Part shown: one piece after another, positions 21,701 to 33,500 of the stretch | How positions within the stretch are numbered: position 1 is the first letter of the stretch | Layout: each line of letters begins with the position of its first letter | Virus record (IMG/VR): IMGVR_UViG_3300036985_002432 | Coordinates: 28,213-92,212 of that record | Source: a virus | Direction: 5' to 3' (one strand) | Length of the DNA: 64,000 nt | The notes under the pieces: model-generated | Database searches by the model: none | The model's input: the letters and a program-made list of their open reading frames with translations, nothing else | Told to the model about the DNA's origin: nothing | Position numbers and translations under genes: made by a program

Positions 21701-24560
21701 CTATGAAGCATTAAAAGATCAAGAGTTTGATAAAAAAGAAGATAATGATTTACTTAATGGTCTAGCTAGTAGAGGTTTATATATTAGTGTAGATGATTTT
21801 CAAATGTGGCAACAGTTTGGTATCACACCAGAAGAGATTTATAATGATGTAAATAAAACTGTTATTAAAAGATCACATCCAGATTATAATGAGATTATAG
21901 CACCATTTGTAAATATTGCACAAATGAGATCTAAAAAATCTAATACAACTGTTAATAGTGAAGGAGTACAAGCTGAGTTAGATAGACTTGAGCAAATGGA
22001 AGCTGCACGGATTAATGAACTAGAAACTTTTGAAGTAAAAACAGAAACAGGTACTTTAACAGATGTAACTATTAAAGAACTTAATGATAATTTAGAAGCA
22101 GGAGAATATGCTGATACAGAATATACATCAGAAGAAGATGTACCAGGTAATCTAACTTTATATAAAGACATAGATATACTTAAAGTAGAAAACATTGATG
22201 GTGCTCCAATTGATATTAAAAGCTTTAGAGCACTATATGGTATTAATAAATTTGATAAAGTAACAACTTATACATTATCAAATCAACCAAATGCTGATGA
22301 AGTTGAAATTATTAAAAATGAATTTAATAAGTTAAGACAAGATGTAATTAATAAAAGTATTCAAAAAGGTACTCAAGACATGGAACCAATACTTGAAAAA
22401 CCTATTGAACTTATTACTAATGAAACTCCATTGTCATCAATGCCTGTAGAGTTAAATAATAGTTTAGTAGCAGCTTTTGAAGATTTTGCTACATACAATG
22501 ATATTGATATTACAAATCAAGATGACTATGATGCAGCAATTGAATCTTATATAAGATCAAATTTTGAAGCAGCTTCCATTATTGAAGAGTATAATAAGAA
22601 TCAACAATTAGAAAAAGCTACTAAGTCTACAGATGAAGGTTATGAAATACCAAGATTAAATATTGGTAATGAACTTGTAAGTGCAGAAGACTTATCTGAA
22701 TCTGTTTTAAGAGGATACTTAAAAAATCATGAAGTAGGGTTAGCAGAACTTGAAGCTAAGCCAGATAAAACATCTGAGGATGATTTACAAATTAGTCAGT
22801 ATAAATTATTTATATCTAGATTAACTGATTACTTAGATAGAAGAGCTCAAGAAGGTTTTTCACCTGAACAAAAAGTTACTGTAGATGCAATACAAAAAAT
22901 AATTACAGAAAATGCTAAAATAAAACGTACTCCACTAGGATATGAATTAGATGGTGTTGTAATGGAAAGAGTTACTAATGTAATTAATCAATTTAAAGAA
23001 AAGTATCAGCATGTAAATACAGATGAGATAACTATAAGTTTTAAAACTACATTACAAAAAGAAGGACTTACAGCAGAATCAATAAAAGCTTTTATTGACA
23101 ATCTACGTGTACAAAAAGGATTAAGTGGATTTAGTGAATTTACATATACTGAAGTAGAAAAAGAATTAACAAGTATATTAAACAAAGGAGAAGAAATAAG
23201 TAATGAAGAATTACTAACTACAGTATTAGGACTTGTTGCTGAAAAAACTAATGAAGCCTCAAGAATTGCAGGTAACTATTTAGATGACCAGATAAGAAAT
23301 TTATTTGATAATAAAGCTACAGTATTTAATGAAGATAACATAAGTAAAGAAGCTTATGATAATCTATTTAATACAGATCCTGATAATCAAGGTTACTTAG
23401 TTGATATAAAAGAATTAATAGATAGTAAAGGATTACATATTATATCTAGAGGTTATGGTAATAATGGTGTTATCTTATATGATAAAGAAGCTAAAGTGGC
23501 AGGTGAGGTAGATTTACTTGCTGTAGATAGATCTGGTAAAGTATTTATTATTGATGTTAAAACCGGTAAAGCTAGTAAGTGGAATAACTTTAATAATGAA
23601 AATGCTAAGTTCCCACAAAAGCCTGGGTACACTTTACAGCAATTAGCATACTCTAACTTGTTATTTAATTTAAGTGGCCTTAAAGCTAACATAAGTATCT
23701 TACCTGTTGAGATTGATTACAACAAAGAAACTGGTAAAGTTACTGATGCAAATAAACCAAAGTCAAAAACTTTATTAGAACCAGGTTCATATAGAATTCC
23801 TTTATTCCCAACTCAAGAACAAATAGATCAAATTGATTCTGTTATACCTAAGAAAGCTGAAGCAAAAACTGAAGATGATGTACAAAGAGAAACTTCTGAA
23901 GAAGGAACATCTCCTGCAGTAACTGCTCAACAAGAAGGTGCTCCAAAAGAAACTGAAACTGGTGTTGAACCAGAATTAGCAAAAGCAATTAGTGTAGCTA
24001 GTGTAGAACAGTTAGCTGTATTTAAACTAGCCATTGCAAAAGCAATTGCAAAGAATGCATTTACTAGTGAAGCTGTTAAAGAACTTCAAGATTTACTTGA
24101 TATAAGAGAACAAGAATTAGCAGAAGGTGCTGTTACTAAATTAACTGAAAATAATATTGAAGTTGATACAAGACTTATTTCAAAAGAAGTTATCTTTACT
24201 GGTAAAACAAATACAAATTTATTTGCTAGTCAAGGTTCTGAAGTAAGAGTTGTCTCAATTAATCAAGATAAAGAAACAGTATTATTAAAAAGTATTGGAG
24301 CAGTAGTAAGACAGAAGACAATAAGTTTTGCAGAGTTAGATAAATTGTTTATATTAAAACAAACAGTTATGGAAGGTACAGAAACACCTATAGTTAAAAC
24401 TACAGAGAAAGAAAAAGAATTTATTGAAGAGTCTTCAGATAATGTTAAAAATCTTTTAGTAGATTCTGCAAGAAAAACTGAATTAAAGAATGAAATAAAA
24501 GGTATGTCAATAGAACAATTAGACACTGCCTTATTTGAAGATATAACATCAGACTGTTAA
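18759..24560 (+). CDS. Giant ejection-type virion protein with hydrophobic Gly/Ala-rich N-terminal segments and a PD-(D/E)XK nuclease domain
   Basis: 1933 aa; GEVDLLAVD..IIDVKTG..QQLAY (RecB-family motifs) at about 23500-23655; immediately upstream of the virion RNAP. Confidence 0.7.
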   Translation: MAESNTPFSSLDALGSGYGGIEAPNLDEKSLSPFEGERLSMPTPDFSKSQHFVPVVPGSDNLDNKQQPIHQVVGNPAQKPATSKRLSPKEFGKALAAKGDAVIQANQDKNEYSRIYSYDAGPGGNAFYDRYKAYGQETFDKIGFHPFRDNEAIFNAGTSGWQDTKRMMSHAFWPLFSRGFVSGPKSLAKMFQGDFSADTEDAEFYSRAAAIGNSTKGGVGGFLNNTAMSFGYTAGIITEAVLEEALAIGVTAVTGGGAAPAAFVATANVGKNLARGLRGLEYAADGMKAVNATIKGVESVGAARRFWNAARESTAITKTARFLNPLEHLTDAAVKIAKNENNLTGLARLTDAGRKTVGGFYGEVRGINMALSEARLEGGMKQNDVYNKLYDTYYAKHKEAPSDALQQDMMNTAKEAGISTLQWNTALIFMSNKIVLDNIVGVKGRGASFLAAKTKDVLNLEGGKIARTTVKQTLKSGKKILAPVLNWRKQTLVNTLKSFAKDPIRKSVTGGISYFKKNITEALQENAQDVIAQATESYYIDSFSNDKLATYDYAMGLTKSAIKGQFTGQGFETFASGFVMGMFAAPLNGVPHLLNIGYNKVKNPKEYAKYAAIRDTYGKNLVNELSNVDMADFWNANAIGLGMQAGAETVRLTGTEKQSRDAADASFNKAMIRAADNDMLFHYKETLESYKDLTAEEFEEAVPSIPAGEGAKYLEKLDTVISKIDRIEQKHEYYKKNFPNPINLSQLNKNSADYNDAVTTHHAWNVAVGNAVFLNGSFDNTMERMSSIVKDITSNGPLKKATFNDINVLFDNKKLINEVDMLETNIESLKTLPKTAENTSKIAIQTKKLETLKNYRDELNVYLQLDRNKKNIIDKFKKENPDASIEELEEEYDEVHSEQKDKLEAVYKDYLKVLAKESNDHIFNKDIDESFVKLIDFHSLENESQALVENINLLHNPKEFVEHVQRNKVWMKDLYDNRREYYEALKDQEFDKKEDNDLLNGLASRGLYISVDDFQMWQQFGITPEEIYNDVNKTVIKRSHPDYNEIIAPFVNIAQMRSKKSNTTVNSEGVQAELDRLEQMEAARINELETFEVKTETGTLTDVTIKELNDNLEAGEYADTEYTSEEDVPGNLTLYKDIDILKVENIDGAPIDIKSFRALYGINKFDKVTTYTLSNQPNADEVEIIKNEFNKLRQDVINKSIQKGTQDMEPILEKPIELITNETPLSSMPVELNNSLVAAFEDFATYNDIDITNQDDYDAAIESYIRSNFEAASIIEEYNKNQQLEKATKSTDEGYEIPRLNIGNELVSAEDLSESVLRGYLKNHEVGLAELEAKPDKTSEDDLQISQYKLFISRLTDYLDRRAQEGFSPEQKVTVDAIQKIITENAKIKRTPLGYELDGVVMERVTNVINQFKEKYQHVNTDEITISFKTTLQKEGLTAESIKAFIDNLRVQKGLSGFSEFTYTEVEKELTSILNKGEEISNEELLTTVLGLVAEKTNEASRIAGNYLDDQIRNLFDNKATVFNEDNISKEAYDNLFNTDPDNQGYLVDIKELIDSKGLHIISRGYGNNGVILYDKEAKVAGEVDLLAVDRSGKVFIIDVKTGKASKWNNFNNENAKFPQKPGYTLQQLAYSNLLFNLSGLKANISILPVEIDYNKETGKVTDANKPKSKTLLEPGSYRIPLFPTQEQIDQIDSVIPKKAEAKTEDDVQRETSEEGTSPAVTAQQEGAPKETETGVEPELAKAISVASVEQLAVFKLAIAKAIAKNAFTSEAVKELQDLLDIREQELAEGAVTKLTENNIEVDTRLISKEVIFTGKTNTNLFASQGSEVRVVSINQDKETVLLKSIGAVVRQKTISFAELDKLFILKQTVMEGTETPIVKTTEKEKEFIEESSDNVKNLLVDSARKTELKNEIKGMSIEQLDTALFEDITSDC

Positions 24561-24570
24561 TAAAAGAATT

Positions 24571-27500
24571 ATGATAAATTGTGCTCTTTCCACAGAAACT
24601 GTAGAGAAATTATATAAAAATATTTTTGGCCATATGCAAGATGCTGCATCAAAGGGTAATGCATTTGATGTAAATAAATATATTAAACATATTTTTAATG
24701 GTAAAGCTGATAAGTCTAGACCAGAAATAGCAGCAAAAATTGTTCAGCATATACCAAGAATGGTTATTGATATTACTAATACTGATTTCTTTGAAGTAGA
24801 AGACTTTGTTGACTTAAAAGTATTGCATAAATTAGGACAAGCATTTATGAATCCTAATAAAGGAATACAAAAAATTATATCTGATTATACTCCAACAACT
24901 GATAACAAAATACTTAAAAGTGTAGCTGAAACTAAACTAGAAGAAGCATTTAATATTGAAGAATTTGATGCTGAAGAAGGTGAGTTTAGTGAAAGATTTA
25001 AACCATATAGTTCTCTTACTAGTACATTTCAAGAATTTTTAGCAGTTGATCCTACTTCAAAAAATATTACAGATGTTGAGCAAATTGATGAATCTAAAAA
25101 AATAATATACACTACTCTTAGTGCTATTAAAGAAACAATGAATCCACAGCAAACTGTTGCTGATGATTTAATATATGAAGGAGTAAGTATTAAAGTTAAG
25201 GCTATTCCTTTATCTTCTATACCACAAGCAGAACTAGATGACTATACTAGAAATTTAGTTGTAAAATCAAAATCAATAAAAAAACAAGGTACCAATCTTG
25301 AGGGTGTAACTCCAACAGATAACATGGTTGCTTTAGTTATTTCAAATGCAAATGGAGAATCTTTATATTTTGATTCTGAAGGGCACATAAGTTCAAAAGA
25401 AGAAGGTGGAAAACTAGTGTATCAGTTTTTAAGAGATGCTAGAAAAAAAGGAAATGCATATACAGTAACAGATATATATGGTAAAGAAGATCAAATTCTT
25501 GATCCATATGAGATTGCTGTTAATACATATGACAAAGCTATAGATGGTACTTTTACTAACTATTATAACTCAATAAAAGTATCACAACAAGAAGACTTTA
25601 AAAAAATATATGAATTTAAAGAGTCTGTATTAAAAGATAAGAAAGGTGTACTAATACCACTTTTAGGAATCAGTGATGGTTTACCTGAATCAATAACTGG
25701 TAGTAAGTTGATGTTAAATAAAATTACTTCACTATCCGGAGTTAACCGTAGTACATTTAAATCTATAAAAACTATTCAACAGAGTAGAGGTATTTTTAAG
25801 AAAGGTTATGCAAGCATAATATTAAATGGTAATGAATTTATTGTTGATAGAGCTGATGTACCTAGTGAAATTGCATTACAAGTATCACAAGTATTGACTA
25901 GTAAAGATTTTACTTTCTCAGAAAGAATGGATTTTTACAAACAATTTTTTAGCAATGACTTACAGGCAACTACAAGAAGACATGAGACTGCAGGTAAAAT
26001 AGAGAATAAAGAATTTTGGTTTAACTATTCTGATGAAACATCACAAGAACAAAAGCAAAGAAACTTTCTTGAAAACTCAATTAACTTATCACAAGAATCT
26101 GTAAACAATAAAACTGTAGATGAGTTAGCAGCAGATGCCGCAGCAATCTATGATGTATTAATGTCAGGTAAAGGTGCTAAAAAAAGATACCCGGCTAAGA
26201 TGAATTTTAATTCAGACTTACTTAAGGATGAGCGTTATATGACATATAATGTTGATACTAATAGTATTGAGTTTAAAGATTACATTGATTTTATTAAAGA
26301 TTTAAAAACAGAAATAAGTATTAATAGTGGAGATCCTGGTGTATTTAATACATATATGGAGTTTGCTTTACCTTCTAAATTTCTTAGTACAGTTGATAAA
26401 GTTAAAGAAGAATTAAAAGAAGATACAAGTTCTGATACAAAAAAAGTAAAAGATAGTATAGTAGAAGTATTAAAAGAATCTGGAGGAGTAATTGATGCTG
26501 ATGTAGCTTCTGTTAAAAAAGGTTTTTATAAAGTACACTATGCAAACTTTAAAGTTAATGTACCGGGTGTTACTGAAGAAGCTAAAGTTTATTTTCATAA
26601 TAAAACTGCATTGATTTCAGTTGGTGGTAAAACTTATCAAGATCCTACATGGCCAAAAGAAGGTAACTTAGTAAGATTAGTATTAAAGCCAGAGTTAACT
26701 ATACCGTCCGGAGAAATAATTACAAATGTAATTGAAGTATTTGCAGTTAATGAAGACGGGACACAAGGAGCTTATCTTGGTTCTGTTGCAGAAACTGAAT
26801 ACAATACAAAGAATGAAACTCCAAAGTTAGAAGATGAAGTTGAAGAACAAGAAGTTATTGCATCAGAGGAAAAAGAAACAATACCTGAACTTGAAGATGC
26901 AGTTATCTTAACTAGTCCAATTAAACCTACTAGTAAAACATCAAGAGCTGCTTCATTACTTAATCAAAATATTGCTGGATTAGATAGATCAACAAAATTA
27001 AGTGGAGATGTAACTGTTGAAGATGTAGAAAACGCTAATAACTGGTGGAATAGTTCACCTTTAAATAAATATATTACACTTGATCATGCAGCTAATTTAG
27101 TTAACTCAGATGCATTTGCAAGATTTACAGTAGCTGGAGCAACTCTAATAGATTCAAATATACTAGGTAATATATCTATTTATCAAAAAGGTAGTATGGT
27201 TGATGTATACCATGAGGCATGGCATGGATTTTCTCAATTATATCTTACTCAAAAAGAAAAGCTTAAATTATATAATGATATAAGAGAATATAAAGATAAG
27301 TCAGGTAATACACCTTATGCAAATAAATCATTCTTTGAAGTTGAAGAAATGATTGCTGAAGACTTTAGAACTTATGCAAAAGATCCAAAAACATTTAAAG
27401 CAAAAGTACCTGTTCAAAAAACTATATTTCAAAAGATACTAGATTTTTTATATAAACTATTTGGAGGTAAGATTAATACAAAAGATGTTGTAGTAGGTAA

Positions 27501-30500
27501 TTACCCAGTATCAGTAACTGAAATGTTTGATGCATTATATCTTGCAAGTAAAGACCCAAGTCTATTAAATAAGTATAGTCCTTCTATAGACAATGTAATG
27601 TGGGATTTACTTAATAGAGGTGTAGAAAAAGTAAATGATAGAGATATAGATGTATTAACTAAACAAGAAGCCAACCTTATATCTAATAGTATTGATTCTA
27701 TTCTATCTGATTATGTAGATGCAAATCATGATGCTAGAGTTAGTAATGGTAAAGAAGTTACTAAGTCAGGTACATTAGTTTTATTATCAGAAGAAAAAGA
27801 TGCGGATGGTATTACTAATAGAAGCAAAGCCTATGGTTATGTTAAAGCTGTATTAGAAGATAAATTAGATGAGCTTAATGATGAGTTAGGTACAATAACA
27901 GATAAATCATTTAGTGAAATTAAAACTATAGAAGATCTAGAAGGTGAATCTATTGCTGTTATCCGTAGTAAATCAGGAGAAGATAAATATATATTCTTAA
28001 ATAGTCAAGTTGAAAACTTTAACAATTTAACTCCAGATATAAAACAAGGAGAAAGAGTTAAAGGAGAAAAGTATAAAGGATCAATTGAAATTATATCAGA
28101 TTTTTATAAGCATAATAATATCATAATAAATGATAAAAATGTAAGTATAATAGTTGTTAATGATGTTAGAGATGCTAAAGCTCAATTTGATAACTATGTA
28201 AAAGGTGGAGCTAAAGATTTTGTATCAATTGAAATAAAAGAAGATGGTCCTGTATATACAGACTTAACTTCTGACCAAGAAGATTTACTTGACAACATTA
28301 GAATCTTACAAAATACAATTAATAACTGGGGAGATGAGAAATCCGGAGTTATGAAATACCATGCTGATAATAGTAGATTTGACTTAATCCGTGAAAAGTA
28401 TATTGATGTAAACTATGGTGATGAAGAGTTAGATGAAGATGGTAATATTATAGATGAGACAGATGTTACAGATGGTAAAGATAGTGCTGGTATAGTTGAT
28501 AAAGCTGTAGGTAAAAAATCTGCTGAACAGTTTGCAGGTAAAGAAACATTATATATTGTTAAGAGTTTATTTAAAATTACAAATGGTAAAACAGTAGATA
28601 ATAAATTAGGCTTTAAAGAACTTGTAGATTTTAATAAAATTTGGGGAATACTATTAAGAGAAGTTGGTGGTGTTAAAAATAGAGAAGTTGCCTTTAATAA
28701 ATTAAAAGAAGCTTCAGTAACATATGCACCAGAATTAAAACAATTAGTAGAAAAGAAATTACCGGATCCAACTAAAATTAAACATACATCAGAATTTAAT
28801 GTAAGTGCTGCTTTCTGGCAAGATTTAAGTTTATCAGATATACCTTATACTCAATTAACTGCATTCCCTGTAAAAGAAATGCTTATAAATGAAGATACAG
28901 GATATCCAGAATCTACAATAACTGGGTTTACTATGGAAGTAACAGATGCTTCTATTGAACCAAGTAATGTTATAAGGGGTTTTCAAGCTACATTTAAAAC
29001 TATACAACCTGAAGATAATCCATACATCACTAAAGTAGATAACATAACTATGTTAACTAAACTAAATGCTTTAGTAAAAAACTATGAAGACAAACACAAT
29101 CCAGGTTCATTAAATATTAAAGGTTCTCTTGGATTTGCAAGATCAATTGGTGTATATTTAGATAACTTAGATGAAATAAAAAATGAATTAGAAACTAATT
29201 CTGAGTATTATGGTCTTCAATATATCTATCAAATTGTTAAAGATTTAGCTGATATACAAGCAAAACCATTTGGTGCTAGTGCAGATGCACAAAAAGTATT
29301 AAGAGACTTTGTAATTGATCCACTTGCTGTACTTAAAAGTAAAATACCAAAAGGTGTTATTAAAAGTCTAAAAGGTGTTGAAGTATATCAAAAAAATATA
29401 CTTGACAGACTAGCTGGATTACAAGCACAATTTGGATTAGAAACTAAAGGTAAAGGAGTATTTAATGCTGCTGGAGATATGGTCTTTCCTTTTGTACAAG
29501 ACTTTTCAGTATCAAGAAAAATTGATGCTTTAAACAGTGTTGAAAATCTTACTGATTGTTGGATTAAAGATGAGTTTAAATATATGAGATATTTAAATCC
29601 AACAATATCTAGCTTTACTAACTATTCTCAAATATTAAAAAGTGTATTTAACTATGAGACTGGTAAGATAGATGAAGGCCAAAAAGATAGAAGAAATGAA
29701 AGGTCATTAGATTTAAGCATGGTGTCAGGAACACAGGTTGCTGAATTTAATGAAGGTACAAATACATCTGACTTAGATAAATCAAGTAAGTTTTTACAAG
29801 AAATGCACACTATGTTAAAGGGTGGACTTCAAGAATTTATTAGAGCTGCAGGTAAGAAGACATCTATTGGTGTAAGAGTAAAAGGTGGTCTTATTAAAGA
29901 TAAAGGAAAAGACAGTAACTTGTATGTTGATGTTGACATGTTTGACAGTGAACAAACTGGAGACATCTATGCTGCAAATAAAATCCTTATGCCTTATATT
30001 GCTTCTGAGTTTGAAAGAATTCAAAAGTTTAAAAACAATAGAGAAGAATTTAAAAAGTATACAGGATACAATAGAAAAGTTGGAGGAACAAAAGAAAATC
30101 CTATATATGCAGGAGAAGTATTTACAGCATTTGATAAAGTATTAAAAGAAAAAACTAAAGAATTATTACTTAGTGAAGCTACTGTAAAAGGAGTAAATGA
30201 AACTCCAGGAGGATTAACAATTTATTTAAGAAAAAATACTGAACTAAGACAAAAAATTGAGAGTGATATCTTAGAATACTTTAATGAGCAAACATCAAGT
30301 AACTTAACTAATTTAGTAAACAATAAATACATTGATAAATCTTTAATTGAAAAAACTAATTCTCCAAATTTAACAGAACAAGAACAAGAGTACATGTTAG
30401 TTAAAGCATTTACTTATAATTCTTGGATACATAACTTTGAAACTGTAAATCTATTTATAGGTGAGATGTCACAGTTTAATCATGATAAAGAAAATCTACA

Positions 30501-33500
30501 CAAAAGAAATACTGGAGCACAATCTGGTGGTAGAAAAATCTTAACTGATGAATGGGCTCAAAATTTTGTTAATGATGTTTTAAATAAAAAAAGTTATGGT
30601 GTAAAATTAGCTAAAACTCTTGGAGAAGATTATAATCAATTCTTTTATGATGGTACATTTAATACAGCTATACTTAAGGATGTAGAGAGACCTTCTATTT
30701 ATTTAGATGATATAGAAGCTGGATTAAGAAAAGACTATGCATTAAGTTTAAAGGGTTCAGGTAAATCTAAAGAAGAGATACAAGAAATTATAGATAACAA
30801 TATTAAAAAAGACCGTAAAGCTTATGAAGAAATGAATGAGGCTGACGGTGCAGGATATATTACTATTGATGCTTATAGAACTCTTAAAACATTAGAAAAT
30901 AATTGGTCTCATAAACAAGAAGCTTTATATCAAGATGAAATAAATGGAAGAGAGATAACTTCATCACAAATAGAAGAATTTTTCCCGGTGTATAAACTAC
31001 AGAATTATGGAGAATTAGCAAATAAAACACTTGCTCCTGTAACAGCAATGCATAAATTTGCACTTTCACCACTTATCCCATCTGAAGTTAAAGGTTCTGA
31101 ATTAGAACATTTGCATAAAGAGATGATGAGAAACAATATTCAGTATGCAACATTTGAATCTGGATCTAAAGTAGGAAATATTACATCTAATGGTGAACCT
31201 GATCAAATATTTACTGATGATACTCAAACTAAACTAAAAGATAAATTAACTCTTACAAAGAATACTATATATTTAGAATATCTTAAAAATGTTACAGAAG
31301 TAAATAATAAATTTAAAGGTAAAATTACTTTCCCAACTCAATTAAGAGGTTTAATACTTGATGGTTTATATGAACAAGGAGCACTTGCTTATGATAAACA
31401 TGCTGCATTAGCTAAAACATATCATGATGACGTTGCTAATTACACTGAATTATTAAAGATTGAATTACTTGATGAGATTCAATGGGAAGAAAAGAATGGA
31501 AAATATACAGGAGAATTTACTAAGTTATTATCTCTAGTACAAAAAGAATTATCAAAAAGAGATATGCCAGAACATCTAGTTAAGATGATTGGTGTTAATG
31601 ATGATGGTAGTCTTAAAACAGATTTATCTTTACATCTTGAAGCTGATACAATTGAAAAAATATTATTATCAGTAATTAATAAAAGATTAATTAAACAAAA
31701 AGTTAAAGGTGAAGCTTTTGTACAAGTTCCATCAAGTATGTATAATGGCTTATGGGATACTAAAGCAAATCTTAAAACTGCTACAGAAGCAGAAAAAAAG
31801 AAATATTTAGGTTCAAACAACTTACCATTTTATAGACCCGGAGAAAATGGAAATACAGATGCAATGAAAATTGCTATTGCTTTCCAAGGAGACTTCATTA
31901 ATTTATTAAATGTTAAATTTAATGAAGAACAAATTGGTACTCTAGAAAGATTAAATGAAGCTATTAAAGATGATAACTGGTTAAACACTGGAGACAATAG
32001 AAAATTAATTACATTATCAGGAGCACGTATTCCAATTCAAAACTTAAACTCATTAGAATTTGCTGAGGTATATCATTTCATGAATCCTTCAGCAGGTAAT
32101 AAGATTGTTGTACCATCAGAAATTGTTGCTAAATCAGGATCTGACTTTGACGTTGATAAGCTTTATTTCATGATGCCGCACATTGATGGTAGAGGAAATT
32201 ATGTTAAATCAAGTAAGACTAATACAGAATTATCAAAGGAACTTGCTTCTTTAAAAGGGAAACTGGTTACTGATAAGACTGCGCCAAATGCAAAGGGACT
32301 TATAGGTAAGCAAAAAGCTGCATTAGAAAACAAAATTATTGAGACAACTGCAGAGTTACTTGCAATACCAGAAAACTATGCATCATTAGTAAGACCAAAT
32401 GATACATATTTATTAAAACTTATTGCTGATGACATTCAAAAATATGTTACAGAATATAATAGATACAATGTAGCACATGGTGAAACAGAAAGAGTTAATG
32501 CAAAAGATGATACTAAAAGAGCAATATCTCCTAGTACAACATTAGAGATTGGATATAATCTTGATAAGCATGATAAAAATATGACAGCAAAAGCTGCATT
32601 AGGTATTGATGCTCAGGATAATAAACAACACCCAATATGGAACTCTGTTGGTGCTAAAATGCCAGCTACATATAAAGAATCAGACTTTGATGATGTAACT
32701 AATACAGCAGTAGAAGGTGAAGATGATTATGATGTACGTTTACTTGTAAGACATAACACATTGATAAACAAGAAAGGCCAAAAGGTTATTTCTTTATCAC
32801 ATAGATATGACCAGGATAATGTACGTATTGCTGATACAAGATCACATAAAATGAATGGTCAACTTGATGCTGAGGCAGACCCATGGGTAGCTGATGTTCA
32901 AGCAGATCTTGAGACTACACCTGTATTAAATTATTTAATGAACGCAGGAGTACCATCAAAAGATGCTATATATTTTGTTGCTAATCCACTAGTAAGAGAG
33001 TATGGCCTTCAACAAAAATTATTAAAAAGTACATTCTCTACTATTATTAATAAAGCAGTTACAGAAGAAAATTTTGTTCAGTATAAAGCTGCAGATGCAG
33101 TAGTTACTAAGTTTATACCTTTTGGGATACAAGCACAAATACTTTCACAAATAGCAAATATTAAAATTGATAAGTTTTTAAATAAACTTAAAAACAATGA
33201 TACAGTATATGTAAATACAAGTTTTAAACAACCAAATTGGAAAGAAATAAGTGTTAAAGAATTAAAAGCATTACTTAATACAGATAGTAAACTATATGAT
33301 AAAATTGCTGGATTAATTAACAAGTCAACTCATTCAGTTTATAAAGCTTCAAGATCATTAATAACTAATGGTAACTACTATTATGCAGCTAAAATTGCAT
33401 CTGAAATGGCTGGTATTAAACCAGGTCAATCATTTAGTACAGAAGACATGATATCTATTGTTGAGAAAGGTGCTATTAAAGAAAATCAAATGAAATCAAT

